Positions 62,977 to 64,000 of a stretch of DNA of 64,000 nucleotides are shown piece by piece. The stretch spans positions 480,001 to 544,000 of the forward strand of contig CBFGTS010000001.1 in NCBI GenBank assembly GCA_965652295.1. The letters are read 5' to 3'. This stretch comes from an uncultured Haloferula sp. GTDB lineage: Bacteria > Verrucomicrobiota > Verrucomicrobiia > Verrucomicrobiales > Akkermansiaceae. Under the pieces are notes generated by a model, which saw only the letters and a list, made by a program, of their open reading frames with translations, was not told where the DNA came from and did no database searches. The position numbers and the translations under genes were made by a program. Position 1 is the first letter of the stretch. Each line of letters starts with the position of its first letter.

Positions 62977-64000
62977 TCAGCTCTCGGGGCCCCAGTAGCG
63001 GGCGAGTAGATCCTCGATGAGTAGAAAGCGCTGGCCCTCGCCGTTGCGGCGGGTGGTGAGCTGGAGAACCACCGGGATGCCGACGCCGCGCAGCATCTGC
63101 TGGAAGACGGGGCTCTCCTGGTCGGCCTCGTTGGAAAACACGGCGTCGAGCTTGGCCGCGGCGAGGGAGCCCCGTTTGGCGAACGCCACGTAGCTGCGGC
63201 CTTCGATGGGCGCGGTGAGCTGGTAGGCTCGGTAGTTTTCGTTGCCGGCATCATCGGGTTTCACGAAGAGGTGGAAGCTTCCTTCATCGCCTCCGGTGCC
63301 GGCGGCGAAGTGGCGGAAGGCGTCGTCGTGGAACTCGCGGAACATGTCCCAATCGATCTTCCAGTCCTCGCCCTGCTGGAAGAGGGTGACGGGGAAGCCT
63401 TGGGGGAGCGCGGGGGTGGTGACGTCGAATCGGTGCAAACCGGGCGCCACGACAGGGCCTTCGATACCGGTGTAGGCGATGGGACCGTCGCCGGTCTCGG
63501 CGGCGTGCTGTTGCATGCGCTCGCGCAGTGGGTCGGGGTCGAGGACGTGGGGGAGTCGCTTTTCCCAAGTGGGAGCGTCGAGGAAGGCCTCAAGGATTTC
63601 GCGTGAGCGCGGGATCGGGTCGTCGGGCCGTGCGATCTCGGCCGGGTCGGGCGTGGAGGGAGGTTCTGAAGGAGGAGGTGGAGAAATGAGAGGAGGCAAG
63701 GTCGGTGCCGCGTCGGGGGCGGGGAGATCGGTCGCTTCGCTCGCTGGCGCCGGCGTGGTGCGGAAGATCGGGGCGGCGAGGCAGTTTCCCCTGAGGGCGA
63801 GAAGCTGACCGGTGACCAGACCGATGAGAAAGAACAGGAGGCTGGCGAGGATGAGGACGGCCCAGCGAAGCCGCCCGAGTGCGGGGAGTTCGATGCGCGG
63901 GTGATCCGGCGAGGACTCGGAAGCGGTCGAAGGACCCGGTGTCTCCGGCTTGAAGGGGGAGGAGGGTGAAGCCGGAGTCGGGTGGGCGGAAGTGAACATC
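62977..64000 (-). CDS. Hypothetical membrane-anchored protein, probably 5'-truncated by the window
   Basis: One TM segment (WAVLILASLLFFLIGLV), a Pro-rich linker and a globular domain with WKIDWDMF; the ORF runs to the window edge. Confidence 0.7.
   Translation of the reverse strand, partial: MFTSAHPTPASPSSPFKPETPGPSTASESSPDHPRIELPALGRLRWAVLILASLLFFLIGLVTGQLLALRGNCLAAPIFRTTPAPASEATDLPAPDAAPTLPPLISPPPPSEPPSTPDPAEIARPDDPIPRSREILEAFLDAPTWEKRLPHVLDPDPLRERMQQHAAETGDGPIAYTGIEGPVVAPGLHRFDVTTPALPQGFPVTLFQQGEDWKIDWDMFREFHDDAFRHFAAGTGGDEGSFHLFVKPDDAGNENYRAYQLTAPIEGRSYVAFAKRGSLAAAKLDAVFSNEADQESPVFQQMLRGVGIPVVLQLTTRRNGEGQRFLLIEDLLARYWGPES

Overview
High-GC bacterial DNA, most consistent with Verrucomicrobiota (Luteolibacter/Haloferula-like), judged from three PEP-CTERM proteins, a TIGR04073-like exosortase-associated gene, SHD1-domain proteins and large secreted proteins. 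In order: the end of a lower-GC, probably defence-related cassette (SF1 helicase, coupled partner, hsdR remnant); chrA; metR-metE-metF; a PEP-CTERM gene and a secreted paralog; uxuA/uxuB with a XylR-type regulator; a stand-alone FAAL-ACP-C-A(Gly)-T-TE NRPS next to the exosortase-associated gene; a lamin-tail surface protein; tspO, DUF72, cupin, UDG and a BI-1 gene; decayed gene remnants; a two-component system flanked by PATR, PEP-CTERM and GH78 genes that share an upstream palindrome; GH2; a hydroxyproline catabolic cluster; an M42 peptidase, lgt and a LysM lipoprotein; and three tRNAs, with a low-GC XRE + ImmA/IrrE + small-peptide cassette beside tRNA-Tyr. No CRISPR array, rRNA, integrase or transposase was seen. 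Family calls come from motifs read by eye, not from database searches.
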